Below, in pieces: positions 1 through 15,000 of a stretch of DNA of 64,000 bases; position 1 is the first letter of the stretch; each line of letters opens with the position of its first letter. The notes below the pieces were generated by a model, which saw nothing but the letters and a program-made list of their open reading frames with translations, did no database searches and had not been told where the DNA came from. Location of the stretch: the NCBI RefSeq assembly GCF_009914755.1, contig NC_060945.1; one strand, given 5' to 3'. The position numbers and the translations under genes were made by a program. Source of the stretch: the human T2T-CHM13v2.0 reference genome, Homo sapiens.

Positions 1-3000
1 GTCACATATCTCTGCAATGATCACCCAGGAGAGGTAACTCTTGTCTAGCCTCTGCTTCCGCGGCATATTGTGACATATCTATGCACTGATCACCTTAGTG
101 ATGTAACACTTGTGTAGGCTCGGCCTACAGGGGAATATTGACATATCTCTGCACTGTTAACCGAGGTGACTTAACTCTTGTCTAGGCTGTGCCCACAGGG
201 GGATTGAGACATATCTCTGCACTGATCCCGAGGTGATCCAACTGTTGCCTGGTCTCTGCCTACTGGGGACATTGTGACATATCTCTGCACTGATCTCCCA
301 GGTGCTGTAAATATAGTCCAGGCTCTGGCTACACGGCATTGTGACATATCACTGCACTGATCACCCAGGTGATATAAATCTTGTCTAGGCTCTGCCTACA
401 ATGGCCTTGTGACATATCTCTGCACTGATCACCCAGGTGATATAACTCTTCTCTAGGATCTGACCACAGGGTGCTTTGTGGCATTTCCCTGCAATGATCA
501 CCCAGGTGATATACCACTCGCCAACGCTCTGCCTACAGGGGCATTGCAATTTATCTCTGCACTGTTCACCTAGGTCTTGTAACTCTTTTCTTCGATCTGC
601 CCACAGGGTGATTTTTGACGTATCCCAGCAAGGATTACCCAGGTGATGTACCTCTCATCAAGGCTCTGCCTACAAGCACATTGCGATGTATCTCTGCACT
701 GATCACCTAGGTCATGTAACTTTTGTCTAGGCTCTGCCTACGATGGCATTGTGACATATCTCTGCACTAATCATCCAAGTGATGTAACACTTCTCTAGGA
801 TCTGCCTAAATTAACTTTGTGACATAACCCTGTACTGATCATCCAGGTGATGGGGCTTTTGTCTAGGCTCTGCCTAAGGGGGCATTGTGACATATTTCTG
901 CATTGATCACCCAGGTGGCGAACTCTTCTCTTGGATCTGCCTATGGGGGCATTGTGACAAATCTCTGCACTGATCACCCAGGTGATGTAACTGTTGTGTA
1001 ACCTCTGCCTACAGGGGAATTGTGAGAGATCTCGCCACTGATCACCCAAGTGATGTAACCATTGTCTAGGCTTTGCGTACTGGGGGCTTTGTGACATACC
1101 TTTGCACTGATCACCCAGGTTATGTAACACATCTAAGTTCGGCCTAAAGGAGCTTTGTGACATATCTCTGCACTGATCACTTAGGTGATGTAACACTTTT
1201 ATAAGCACTGCCTACAGGAAATTTTGACAAATCTCTGCACTGATCACCTAGGTGATGTAACGCTTGTCTACCCTCTGTCCAACGGGGCATTGTGAAATAT
1301 CTCTGCACTGATCACCCAGGTGATTCAACTCTTGACTAGGATCTGCCTACAGAGGTTATTGTGAAATATCTCTGCACTGATAAACTAGGTGGTGTAACCC
1401 TTATCCAAGCTCTGCCTACAGGGGCGTTTTCACATATCCCTGAAGTGATGACAAAGGTGATGTAACTCTTGCCTAGGCTTTGCCTACAGGGGACATTGTG
1501 ACATATCGCTTCAATGATCACCCATTTGATGCAACTCTTGCCTAGGCTTTGCCTACAGGGGACATTGTGACATATCTCTGCACTGATCTCCCAGGTGCTG
1601 TAACTTTAGTCTAGACTCTGGCTACACGGCATTGTGACATATCACTGCACTGATCAACCAGGTGATATAACCCTTGTCTAGGCTCTGCCTACAGGGGGCT
1701 TGTGACATAGCTCTGCACTGATCACCCAGGTGATATAACTCTTCTCTAGGATCTGCCTACAGGGTGCTTTGTGACATATCCCTGCAATGATCACCCAGGT
1801 GATCTAACTCTGGTTTAAGCTCTGCCTAAAGGGGCATTGTGACAGATCTCTGCACTGATCACTCAGGTGATGTAACTATTGTCTAGGCTCTGCTTAAAGG
1901 GGCCTTGTCACATATCTCTGCAATGATCACCCAGGTGATGTAACTCTTGTCTAGCCTCTGCTTTCACGGCATATTGTGACATATCTATGCACTGATCACC
2001 TTAGTGATGTAACACTTGTGCAGGCTCGGCCTACAGGGTAATATTGACATATCCCTGCACTGTTAACCGAGGTGATTTAACTCTTGTCTAGGCTGTGCCC
2101 ACAGGGGGATTGAGACATATCTCTGCACTGATCCCGAGGTGATGCAACTGTTGCCTGGTCTCTGCCTACTGGGGACATTGTGAAATATCTCTGCACTGAT
2201 CTCCCAGGTGCTGTAACTTTAGTCTAGGCTCTGGCTACACGGCATTGTGACATATCACTGCACTGATCACCCAGGTGATATAAATCTTGTCTAGGCTCTG
2301 CCTACAATGGCCTTGTGACATATCTCTGCACTGATCACCCAGGTGATATAACTCTTCTCTAGGATCTGACCACAGGGTGCTTTGTGACATTTCCCTGCAA
2401 TGATCACTCAGGTGATATACCACTTGCCAAGGCTCTGCCTACAGGGGCATTGCAATGTATCTCTGCACTGATCACCTAGGTCTTGTAACTCTTTTCTTTG
2501 ATCTGCCCTCAGGGTGCTTTTTGACGTATCCCAGCAAGGATTACCCAGGTGATGTACCTCTCATCAAGGCTCTGCCTACAGGCACATTGCGATGTATCTC
2601 TTCACTGATCACCTAGGTCATGTAACTTTTGTCTAGGCTCTGCCTACGATTGCATTGTGACATATCTCTGCACTAATCATCCAAGTGATGTAACCCTTGT
2701 CTAGGATCTGCCTAAATTAACTTTGTGACGTAACCCTGTACTGATCATCCAGGTGATGGGGCTTTTGTCCAGGCTCTGCCTAAGGGGGCATTGTGACATA
2801 TTTCTGCATTGATAACCCAGGTGGCGAACTCTTCTCTTGGATCTGCCTATGGGGGCATTGTGACAAATCTCTGCACTGATCACCCAGGTGATGTAACTGT
2901 TGTGTAACCTCTGCCTACAGGGGAATTGTGAGAGATCTCGCCACTGATCACCCAAGTGATGTAACCATTGTCTAGGCTTTGCGTACAGGGGGCTTTGTGA

Positions 3001-6000
3001 CATACCTTTGCACTGATCACCCAGGTGATGTAACACATCTATGTTCGACCTAAAGGAGCTTTGTGACATATCTCTGCACTGATCACTTAGGTGATGTAAC
3101 ACTTTTATAAACACTGCCTACAGGGAATTTTGACAAATCTCTGCACTGATAACCTAGGTGATGTAACGCTTGTCTACCCTCTGTCCAACGGGGCATTGTG
3201 AAATATCTCTGCACTGATCACCCAGGTGATTCAACTCTTGACTAGGATCTGCCTACAGAGGTTATTGTGAAATATCTCTGCACTGATAAACTAGGTGGTG
3301 TAACACTTATCCAAGCTCTGCCTACAGGGGCGTTTTCACATATCCCTGAAGTGATGACAAAGGTGATGTTACTCTTGCCTAGGCTTTGCCTACAGGGGAC
3401 ATTGGATATATATCTGCACTGATCACCCAGGTGATGCAACTCTTGCCTAGGCTTTTCCTACAGGGGACATTGTGACATATCGCTTCAATGATCACCCATG
3501 TGATGCAACTCTTGCCTAGGCTTTGCCTACAGGGGACATTGTGACATATCTCTGCACTGATCTCCTAGGTGCTGTAACTTTAGTCTAGACTCTGGATACA
3601 CGGCATTGTGACATATCACTGCACTGATCAACCAGGTGATATAACTCTTGTCTAGGCTCTGCCTACAGGGGGCTTGTGACATAGCTCAGCACTGATCACG
3701 CAGGTGATATAACTCTTCTCTAGGATCTGCCTACAGGGTGCTTTGTGACATATCCCTGCAATGATCACCCAGGTGATCTAACTCTGGTTTAAGCTCTGCC
3801 TAAAGGGGCATTGTGACAGATCTCTGCACTGATCACTCAGGTGATGAAACTATTGTCTAGGCTCTGCTTAAAGGGGCCTTGTCACATATCTCTGCAATGA
3901 TCACCCAGGAGAGGTAACTCTTGTCTAGCCTCTGCTTCCGCGGCATATTGTGACATATCTATGCACTGATCACCTTAGTGATGTAACACTTGTGTAGGCT
4001 CGGCCTACAGGGGAATATTGACATATCTCTGCACTGTTAACCGAGGTGACTTAACTCTTGTCTAGGCTGTGCCCACAGGGGGATTGAGACATATCTCTGC
4101 ACTGATCCCGAGGTGATCCAACTGTTGCCTGGTCTCTGCCTACTGGGGACATTGTGACATATCTCTGCACTGATCTCCCAGGTGCTGTAAATATAGTCCA
4201 GGCTCTGGCTACACGGCATTGTGACATATCACTGCACTGATCACCCAGGTGATATAAATCTTGTCTAGGCTCTGCCTACAATGGCCTTGTGACATATCTC
4301 TGCACTGATCACCCAGGTGATATAACTCTTCTCTAGGATCTGACCACAGGGTGCTTTGTGGCATTTCCCTGCAATGATCACCCAGGTGATATACCACTCG
4401 CCAAGGCTCTGCCTACAGGGGCATTGCAATTTATCTCTGCACTGTTCACCTAGGTCTTGTAACTCTTTTCTTCGATCTGCCCACAGGGTGATTTTTGACG
4501 TATCCCAGCAAGGATTACCCAGGTGATGTACCTCTCATCAAGGCTCTGCCTACAAGCACATTGCGATGTATCTCTGCACTGATCACCTAGGTCATGTAAC
4601 TTTTGTCTAGGCTCTGCCTACGATGGCATTGTGACATATCTCTGCACTAATCATCCAAGTGATGTAACACTTGTCTAGGATCTTCCTAAATTAACTTTGT
4701 GACATAACCCTGTACTGATCATCCGGGTGATGGGGCTTTTGTCTAGGCTCTGCCTAAGGGGGCATTGTGACATATTTCTGCATTGATCACCCAGGTGGCG
4801 AACTCTTCTCTTGGATCTGCCTATGGGGGCATTGTGACAAATCTCTGCACTGATCACCCAGGTGATGTAACTGTTGTGTAACCTCTGCCTACAGGGGAAT
4901 TGTGAAAGATCTCGCCACTGATCACCCAAGTGATGTAACCATTGTCTAGGCTTTGCGTACAGGGGGCTTTGTGACATACCTTTGCACTGATCACCCAGGT
5001 GATGTAACACATCTAAGTTCGGCCTAAAGGAGCTTTGTGACATATCTCTGCACTGATCACTTAGGTGATGTAACACTTTTTTAACCACTGCCTACAGGGA
5101 ATTTTGACAAATCTCTGCACTGATCACCTAGGTGATGTAACGCTTGTCTACTCTCTGTCCAACGGGGCATTTTGAAATATCTCTGCACTGATCACCCAGG
5201 TGATTCAACTCTTGACTAGGATCTGCCTACAGAGGTTATTGTGAAATATCTCTGCACTGATAAACTAGGTGGTGTAACCCTTATCCAAGCTCTGCCTACA
5301 GACTCGTTTTCACATATCCCTAAAGTGATGACAAAGGAGATGTAACTCTTGCCTAGGCTTTCCCTACGGGGGACATTGGACATATATCTGCACTGATCAC
5401 CCAGGTGATACAACTCTTGCCTAGGCTTTCCCTACAGGGGACATTGTGACATATCGCTTCAATGATCACTCATGTGATGCAACTCTTGCCTAGGCTTTGC
5501 CTACAGGGGACATTGTGACATATCTCTGCACTGATCTCCCAGGTGCTGTAACTTTAGACTAGACTCTGGCTACACGGCATTGTGACATATCACTGCACTG
5601 ATCAACCAGGTGATATAACTCTTGTCTAGGCTCTGCCTACAGGGGGCTAGTGACATATCTCTGCACTGATCACCCAGGTGATATAACTCTTCTCTAGGAT
5701 CTGCCTACAGGGTGCTTTGTGACATATCCCTGCAATGATCACCCAGGTGATCTAACTCTGGTTTAAGCTCTGCCTAAAGGGGCATTGTGACAGATCTCTG
5801 CACTGATCACTCAGGTGATGAAACTATTGTCTAGGCTCTGCTTAAAGGGGCCTTGTCACATATCTCTGCAATGATCACCCAGGAGAGGTAACTCTTGTCT
5901 AGCCTCTGCTTCCGCGGCATATTGTGACATATCTATGCACTGATCACCTTAGTGATGTAACACTTGTGTAGGCTCGGCCTACAGGGGAATATTGACATAT

Positions 6001-9000
6001 CTCTGCACTGTTAACCGAGGTGACTTAACTCTTGTCTAGGCTGTGCCCACAGGGGGATTGAGACATATCTCTGCACTGATCCCGAGGTGATCCAACTGTT
6101 GCCTGGTCTCTGCCTACTGGGGACATTGTGACATATCTCTGCACTGATCTCCCAGGTGCTGTAAATATAGTCCAGGCTCTGGCTACACGGCATTGTGACA
6201 TATCACTGCACTGATCACCCAGGTGATATAAATCTTGTCTAGGCTCTGCCTACAATGGCCTTGTGACATATCTCTGCACTGATCACCCAGGTGATATAAC
6301 TCTTCTCTAGGATCTGACCACAGGGTGCTTTGTGGCATTTCCCTGCAATGATCACCCAGGTGATATACCACTCGCCAAGGCTCTGCCTACAGGGGCATTG
6401 CAATTTATCTCTGCACTGTTCACCTAGGTCTTGTAACTCTTTTCTTCGATCTGCCCACAGGGTGATTTTTGACGTATCCCAGCAAGGATTACCCAGGTGA
6501 TGTACCTCTCATCAAGGCTCTGCCTACAAGCACATTGCGATGTATCTCTGCACTGATCACCTAGGTCATGTAACTTTTGTCTAGGCTCTGCCTACGATGG
6601 CATTGTGACATATCTCTGCACTAATCATCCAAGTGATGTAACACTTGTCTAGGATCTGCCTAAATTAACTTTGTGACATAACCCTGTACTGATCATCCAG
6701 GTGATGGGGCTTTTGTCTAGGCTCTGCCTAAGGGGGCATTGTGACATATTTCTGCATTGATCACCCAGGTGGCGAACTCTTCTCTTGGATCTGCCTATGG
6801 GGGCATTGTGACAAATCTCTGCACTGATCACCCAGGTGATGTAACTGTTGTGTAACCTCTGCCTACAGGGGAATTGTGAGAGATCTCGCCACTGATCACC
6901 CAAGTGATGTAACCATTGTCTAGGCTTTGCGTACTGGGGGCTTTGTGACATACCTTTGCACTGATCACCCAGGTGATGTAACACATCTAAGTTCGGCCTA
7001 AAGGAGCTTTGTGACATATCTCTGCACTGATCACTTAGGTGATGTAACACTTTTATAAGCACTGCCTACAGGAAATTTTGACAAATCTCTGCACTGATCA
7101 CCTAGGTGATGTAACGCTTGTCTACCCTCTGTCCAACGGGGCATTGTGAAATATCTCTGCACTGATCACCCAGGTGATTCAACTCTTGACTAGGATCTGC
7201 CTACAGAGGTTATTGTGAAATATCTCTGCACTGATAAACTAGGTGGTGTAACCCTTATCCAAGCTCTGCCTACAGGGGCGTTTTCACATATCCCTGAAGT
7301 GATGACAAAGGTGATGTAACTCTTGCCTAGGCTTTGCCTACAGGGGACATTGTGACATATCGCTTCAATGATCACCCATTTGATGCAACTCTTGCCTAGG
7401 CTTTGCCTACAGGGGACATTGTGACATATCTCTGCACTGATCTCCCAGGTGCTGTAACTTTAGTCTAGACTCTGGCTACACGGCATTGTGACATATCACT
7501 GCACTGATCAACCAGGTGATATAACCCTTGTCTAGGCTCTGCCTACAGGGGGCTTGTGACATAGCTCTGCACTGATCACCCAGGTGATATAACTCTTCTC
7601 TAGGTTCTGCCTACAGGGTGCTTTGTGACATATCCCTGCAATGATCACCCAGGTGATCTAACTCCGGTTTAAGCTCTGCCTAAAGGGGCATTGTGACAGA
7701 TCTCTGCACTGATCACTCAGGTGATGTAACTATTGTCTAGGCTCTGCTTAAAGGGGCCTTGTCACATATCTCTGCAATGATCACCCAGGTGATGTAACTC
7801 TTGTCTAGCCTCTGCTTTCACGGCATATTGTGACATATCTATGCACTGATCACCTTAGTGATGTAACACTTGTGCAGGCTCGGCCTACAGGGTAATATCG
7901 ACATATCCCTGCACTGTTAACCGAGGTGATTTAACTCTTGTCTAGGCTGTGCCCACAGGGGGATTGAGACATATCTCTGCACTGATCCCGAGGTGATGCA
8001 ACTGTTGCCTGGTCTCTGCCTACTGGGGACATTGTGAAATATCTCTGCACTGATCTCCCAGGTGCTGTAACTTTAGTCTAGGCTCTGGCTACACGGCATT
8101 GTGACATATCACTGCACTGATCACCCAGGTGATATAAATCTTGTCTAGGCTCTGCCTACAATGGCCTTGTGACATATCTCTGCACTGATCACCCAGGTGA
8201 TATAACTCTTCTCTAGGATCTGACCACAGGGTGCTTTGTGACATTTCCCTGCAATGATCACTCAGGTGATATACCACTTGCCAAGGCTCTGCCTACAGGG
8301 GCATTGCAATGTATCTCTGCACTGATCACCTAGGTCTTGTAACTCTTTTCTTTGATCTGCCCTCAGGGTGCTTTTTGACGTATCCCAGCAAGGATTACCC
8401 AGGTGATGTACCTCTCATCAAGGCTCTGCCTACAGGCACATTGCGATGTATCTCTGCACTGATCACCTAGGTCATGTAACTTTTGTCTAGGCTCTGCCTA
8501 CGATTGCATTGTGACATATCTCTGCACTAATCATCCAAGTGATGTAACCCTTGTCTAGGATCTGCCTAAATTAACTTTGTGACGTAACCCTGTACTGATC
8601 ATCCAGGTGATGGGGCTTTTGTCCAGGCTCTGCCTAAGGGGGCATTGTGACATATTTCTGCATTGATAACCCAGGTGGCGAACTCTTCTCTTGGATCTGC
8701 CTATGGGGGCATTGTGACAAATCTCTGCACTGATCACCCAGGTGATGTAACTGTTGTGTAACCTCTGCCTACAGGGGAATTGTGAGAGATCTCGCCACTG
8801 ATCACCCAAGTGATGTAACCATTGTCTAGGCTTTGCGTACAGGGGGCTTTGTGACATACCTTTGCACTGATCACCCAGGTGATGTAACACATCTATGTTC
8901 GACCTAAAGGAGCTTTGTGACATATCTCTGCACTGATCACTTAGGTGATGTAACACTTTTATAAACACTGCCTACAGGGAATTTTGACAAATCTCTGCAC

Positions 9001-12000
9001 TGATAACCTAGGTGATGTAACGCTTGTCTACCCTCTGTCCAACGGGGCATTGTGAAATATCTCTGCACTGATCACCCAGGTGATTCAACTCTTGACTAGG
9101 ATCTGCCTACAGAGGTTATTGTGAAATATCTCTGCACTGATAAACTAGGTGGTGTAACACTTATCCAAGCTCTGCCTACAGGGGCGTTTTCACATATCCC
9201 TGAAGTGATGACAAAGGTGATGTAACTCTTGCCTAGGCTTTGCCTACAGGGGACATTGGATATATATCTGCACTGATCACCCAGGTGATGCAACTCTTGC
9301 CTAGGCTTTGCCTACAGGGGACATTGTGACATATCTGTGCACTGATCTCCCAGGTGCTGTAACTTTAGTCTAGACTCTGGCTACACGGCATTGTGACATA
9401 TCACTGCACTGATCAACCAGGTGATATAACCCTTGTCTAGGCTCTGCCTACAGGGGGCTTGTGACATAGCTCTGCACTGATCACCCAGGTGATATAACTC
9501 TTCTCTAGGATCTGCCTACAGGGTGCTTTGTGACATATCCCTGCAATGATCACCCAGGTGATCTAACTCTGGTTTAAGCTCTGCCTAAAGGGGCATTGTG
9601 ACAGATCTCTGCACTGATCACTCAGGTGATGTAACTATTGTCTAGGCTCTGCTTAAAGGGGCCTTGTCACATATCTCTGCAATGATCACCCAGGTGATGT
9701 AACTCTTGTCTAGCCTCTGCTTTCACGGCATATTGTGACATATCTATGCACTGATCACCTTAGTGATGTAACACTTGTGCAGGCTCGGCCTACAGGGTAA
9801 TATTGACATATCCCTGCACTGTTAACCGAGGTGATTTAACTCTTGTCTAGGCTGTGCCCACAGGGGGATTGAGACATATCTCTGCACTGATCCCGAGGTG
9901 ATGCAACTGTTGCCTGGTCTCTGCCTACTGGGGACATTGTGAAATATCTCTGCACTGATCTCCCAGGTGCTGTAACTTTAGTCTAGGCTCTGGCTACACG
10001 GCATTGTGACATATCACTGCACTGATCACCCAGGTGATATAAATCTTGTCTAGGCTCTGCCTACAATGGCCTTGTGACATATCTCTGCACTGATCACCCA
10101 GGTGATATAACTCTTCTCTAGGATCTGACCACAGGGTGCTTTGTGACATTTCCCTGCAATGATCACTCAGGTGATATACCACTTGCCAAGGCTCTGCCTA
10201 CAGGGGCATTGCAATGTATCTCTGCACTGATCACCTAGGTCTTGTAACTCTTTTCTTTGATCTGCTCTCAGGGTGCTTTTTGACGTATCCCAGCAAGGAT
10301 TACCCAGGTGATGTACCTCTCATCAAGGCTCTGCCTACAGGCACATTGCGATGTATCTCTGCACTGATCACCTAGGTCATGTAACTTTTGTCTAGGCTCT
10401 GCCTACGATTGCATTGTGACATATCTCTGCACTAATCATCCAAGTGATGTAACCCTTGTCTAGGATCTGCCTAAATTAACTTTGTGACGTAACCCTGTAC
10501 TGATCATCCAGGTGATGGGGCTTTTGTCCAGGCTCTGCCTAAGGGGGCATTGTGACATATTTCTGCATTGATAACCCAGGTGGCGAACTCTTCTCTTGGA
10601 TCTGCCTATGGGGGCATTGTGACAAATCTCTGCACTGATCACCCAGGTGATGTAACTGTTGTGTAACCTCTGCCTACAGGGGAATTGTGAGAGATCTCGC
10701 CACTGATCACCCAAGTGATGTAACCATTGTCTACGCTTTGTGTACAGGGGGCTTTGTGACATACCTTTGCACTGATCACCCAGGTGATGTAACACATCTA
10801 TGTTCGACCTAAAGGAGCTTTGTGACATATCTCTGCACTGATCACTTAGGTGATGTAACACTTTTATAAACACTGCCTACAGGGAATTTTGACAAATCTC
10901 TGCACTGATAACCTAGGTGATGTAACGCTTGTCTACCCTCTGTCCAACGGGGCATTGTGAAATATCTCTGCACTGATCACCCAGGTGATTCAACTCTTGA
11001 CTAGGATCTGCCTACAGAGGTTATTGTGAAATATCTCTGCACTGATAAACTAGGTGGTGTAACACTTATCCAAGCTCTGCCTACAGGGGCGTTTTCACAT
11101 ATCCCTGAAGTGATGACAAAGGTGATGTAACTCTTGCCTAGGCTTTGCCTACAGAGGACATTGGATATATATCTGCACTGATCACCCAGGTGATGCAACT
11201 CTTGCCTTGGCTTTTCCTACAGGGGACATTGTGACATATCGCTTCAATGATCACCCATGTGATGCAACTCTTGCCTAGGCTTTGCCTACAGGGGACATTG
11301 TGACATATCTCTGCACTGATCTCCTAGGTGCTGTAACTTTAGTCTAGACTCTGGCTACACGGCATTGTGACATATCACTGCACTGATCAACCAAGTGATA
11401 TAACTCTTGTCTAGGCTCTGCCTACAGGGGGCTTGTGACATAGCTCAGCACTGATCACCCAGGTGATATAACTCTTCTCTAGGATCTGCCTACAGGGTGC
11501 TTTGTGACATATCCCTGCAATGATCACCCAGGTGATCTAACTCTGGTTTAAGCTCTGCCTAAAGGGGCATTGTGACAGATCTCTGCACTGATCACTCAGG
11601 TGATGTAACTATTGTCTAGGCTCTGCTTAAAGGGGCCTTGTCACATATCTCTGCAATGATCACCCAGGTGATGTAACTGTTGTCTAGCCTCTGCTTTCAC
11701 GGCATATTGTGACATATCTATGCACTGATCACCTTAGTGATGTAACACTTGTGCAGGCTCGGCCTACAGGGTAATATTGACATATCTCTGCACTGTTAAC
11801 CGAGGTGATTTAACTCTTGTCTAGGCTGTGCCCACAGGGGGATTGAGACATATCTCTGCACTGATCCCGAGGTGATCCAACTGTTGCCTGGTCTCTGCCT
11901 ACTGGGGACATTGTGACATATCTCTGCACTGATCTCCCAGGTGCTGTAACTTTAGTCTAGGCTCTGGCTACACGGCATTGTGACATATCACTGCACTGAT

Positions 12001-15000
12001 CACCCAGGTGATATAAATCTTGTCTAGGCTCTGCCTACAATGGCCTTGTGACATATCTCTGCACTGATCACCCAGGTGATATAACTCTTCTCTAGGATCT
12101 GACCACAGGGTGCTTTGTGACATTTCCCTGCAATGATCACCCAGGTGATATACCACTCGCCAAGGCTCTGCCTACAGGGGCATTGCAATGTATCTCTGCA
12201 CTGATCACCTAGGTCTTGTAACTCTTTTCTTTGATCTGCCCTCAGGGTGCTTTTTGACGTATCCCAGCAAGGATTACCCAGGTGATGTACCTCTCATCAA
12301 GGCTCTGCCTACAGGCACATTGCGATGTATCTCTGCACTGATCACCTAGGTCATGTAACTTTTGTCTAGGCTCTGCCTAGGATTGCATTGTGACATATCT
12401 CTGCACTAATCATCCAAGTGATGTAACACTTGTCTAGGATCTGCCTAAATCAACTTTGTGACATAACCCTGTACTGATCATCCAGGTGATGGGGCTTTTG
12501 TCTAGGCTCTGCCTAAGGGGGCATTGTGACATATTTCTGTATTGATCACCCAGGTGGCGAACTCTTCTCTTGGATCTGCCTATGGGGGCATTGTGACAAA
12601 TCTCTGCACTGATCACCCAGGTGATGTAACTCTTGTGTAACCTCTGCCTACAGGGGAATTGTGAGAGATCTCGCCACTGATCACCCAAGTGATGTAACCA
12701 TTGTCTAGGTTTTGCGTACAGGGGGCTTTTTGACATACCTTTGCACTGATCACCCAGGTGATGTAACACATCTAAGTTCGGACTAAAGGAGCTTTGTGAC
12801 ATATCTCTGCACTGATCACTTAGGTGATGTAACACTTTTATAAGCACTGCCTACAGGGAATTTTGAAAAATCTCTGCACTGATCACCTAGGTGATGTAAC
12901 GCTTGTCTACCCTCTGTCCAACGGGGCATTGTGAAATATCTCTGCACTGATCACCCAGGTGATTCAACTCTTGACTAGGATCTGCCTACAGAGGTTATTG
13001 TGAAATATCTCTGCACTGATAACTAGGTGGTGTAACACTTATCCAAGCTCTGCCTACAGGGGCGTTTTCACATATCCCTGAAGTGATGACAAAGGTGATG
13101 TAACTCTTGCCTAGGCTTTGCCTACAGGGGACATTGGATATATATCTGCACTGATCACCCAGGTGATGCAACTCTTGCCTAGGATTTTCCTACAGGGGAC
13201 ATGGTGACATATCGCTTCAATGATCACCCATGTGATGCAACTCTTGCCTAGGCTTTGCCTACAGGGGACATTGTGACATATCTCTGCACTGATCTCCCAG
13301 GTGCTGTAACTTTAGTCTAGACTCTGGCTACACGGCATTGTGACATATCACTGCACTGATCAACCAGGTGATATAACTCTTGTCTAGGCTCTGCCTACAG
13401 GGGGCTTGTGACATAGCTCAGCACTGATCACCCAGATGATATAACTCTTCTCTAGGATCTGCCTACAGGGTGCTTTGTGACATATCCCTGCAATGATCAC
13501 CCAGGTGATCTAACTCTGGTTTAAGCTCTGCCTAAAGGGGCATTGTGACAGATCTCTGCACTGATCACTCAGGTGATGTAACTATTGTCTAGGCTCTGCT
13601 TAAAGGGGCCTTGTCACATATCTCTGCACTGATCACCCAGGTGATGTAACTCTTGTCTAGCCTCTGCTTTCACGGCATATTGTGACATATCTATGCACTG
13701 ATCACCTTAGTGATGTAACAATTGTGTAGGCTCGGCCTACAGGGGAATATTGACATATCTCTGCACTGTTAACCAAGGTGATTTAACTCTTGTCTAGGCT
13801 GTGCCCACAGGGGGATTGAGACATATCTCTGCACTGATCCCGAGGTGATCCAAATGTTGCCTGGTCTCTGCCTACTGGGGACATTGTGACATATCTCTGC
13901 ACTTATCTCCCAGGTGCTGTAACTTTAGTCTAGGCTCTGGCTCCACGGCATTGTGACATATCACTGCACTGATCACCCAGGTGATATAACCCTTGTCTAG
14001 GCTCTGCCTACAGGGGGCTTGTGACATAGCTCTGCACTGATCACCCAGGTGATATAACTCTTCTCTAGGATCTGCCTACAGGGTGCTTTGTGACATATCC
14101 CTGCAATGATCACCCAGGTGATCTAACTCTGGTTTAAGCTCTGCCTAAAGGGGCATTGTGACAGATCTCTGCACTGATCACTCAGGTGATGTAACTATTG
14201 TCTAGGCTCTGCTTAAAGGGGCCTTGTCACATATCTCTGCAACGATCACCCAGGTGATGTAACTCTTGTCTAGCCTCTGCTTTCACGGCATATTGTGACA
14301 TATCTATGCACTGATCACCTTAGTGATGTAACACTTGTGCAGGCTCGGCCTACAGGGTAATATTGACATATCTCTGCACTGTTAACCGAGGTGATTTAAC
14401 TCTTGTCTAGGCTGTGCCCACAGGGGGATTGAGACATATCTCTGCACTGATCCCGAGGTGATGCAACTGTTGCCTGGTCTCTGCCTACTGGGGACATTGT
14501 GAAATATCTCTGCACTGATCTCCCAGGTGCTGTAACTTTAGTCTAGGCTCTGGCTACACGGCATTGTGACATATCACTGCACTGATCACCCAGGTGATAT
14601 AAATCTTGTCTAGGCTCTGCCTACAATGGCCTTGTGACATATCTCTGCACTGATCACCCAGGTGATATAACTCTTCTCTAGGATCTGACCACAGGGTGCT
14701 TTGTGACATTTCCCTGCAATGATCACTCAGGTGATATACCACTTGCCAAGGCTCTGCCTACAGGGGCATTGCAATGTATCTCTGCACTGATCACCTAGGT
14801 CTTGTAACTCTTTTCTTTGATCTGCCCTCAGGGTGCTTTTTGACGTATCCCAGCAAGGATTACCCAGGTGATGTACCTCTCATCAAAGCTCTGCCTACAG
14901 GCACATTGCGATGTATCTCTGCACTGATCACCTAGGTCATGTAACTTTTGTCTAGGCTCTGCCTACGATTGCATTGTGACATATCTCTGCACTAATCATC

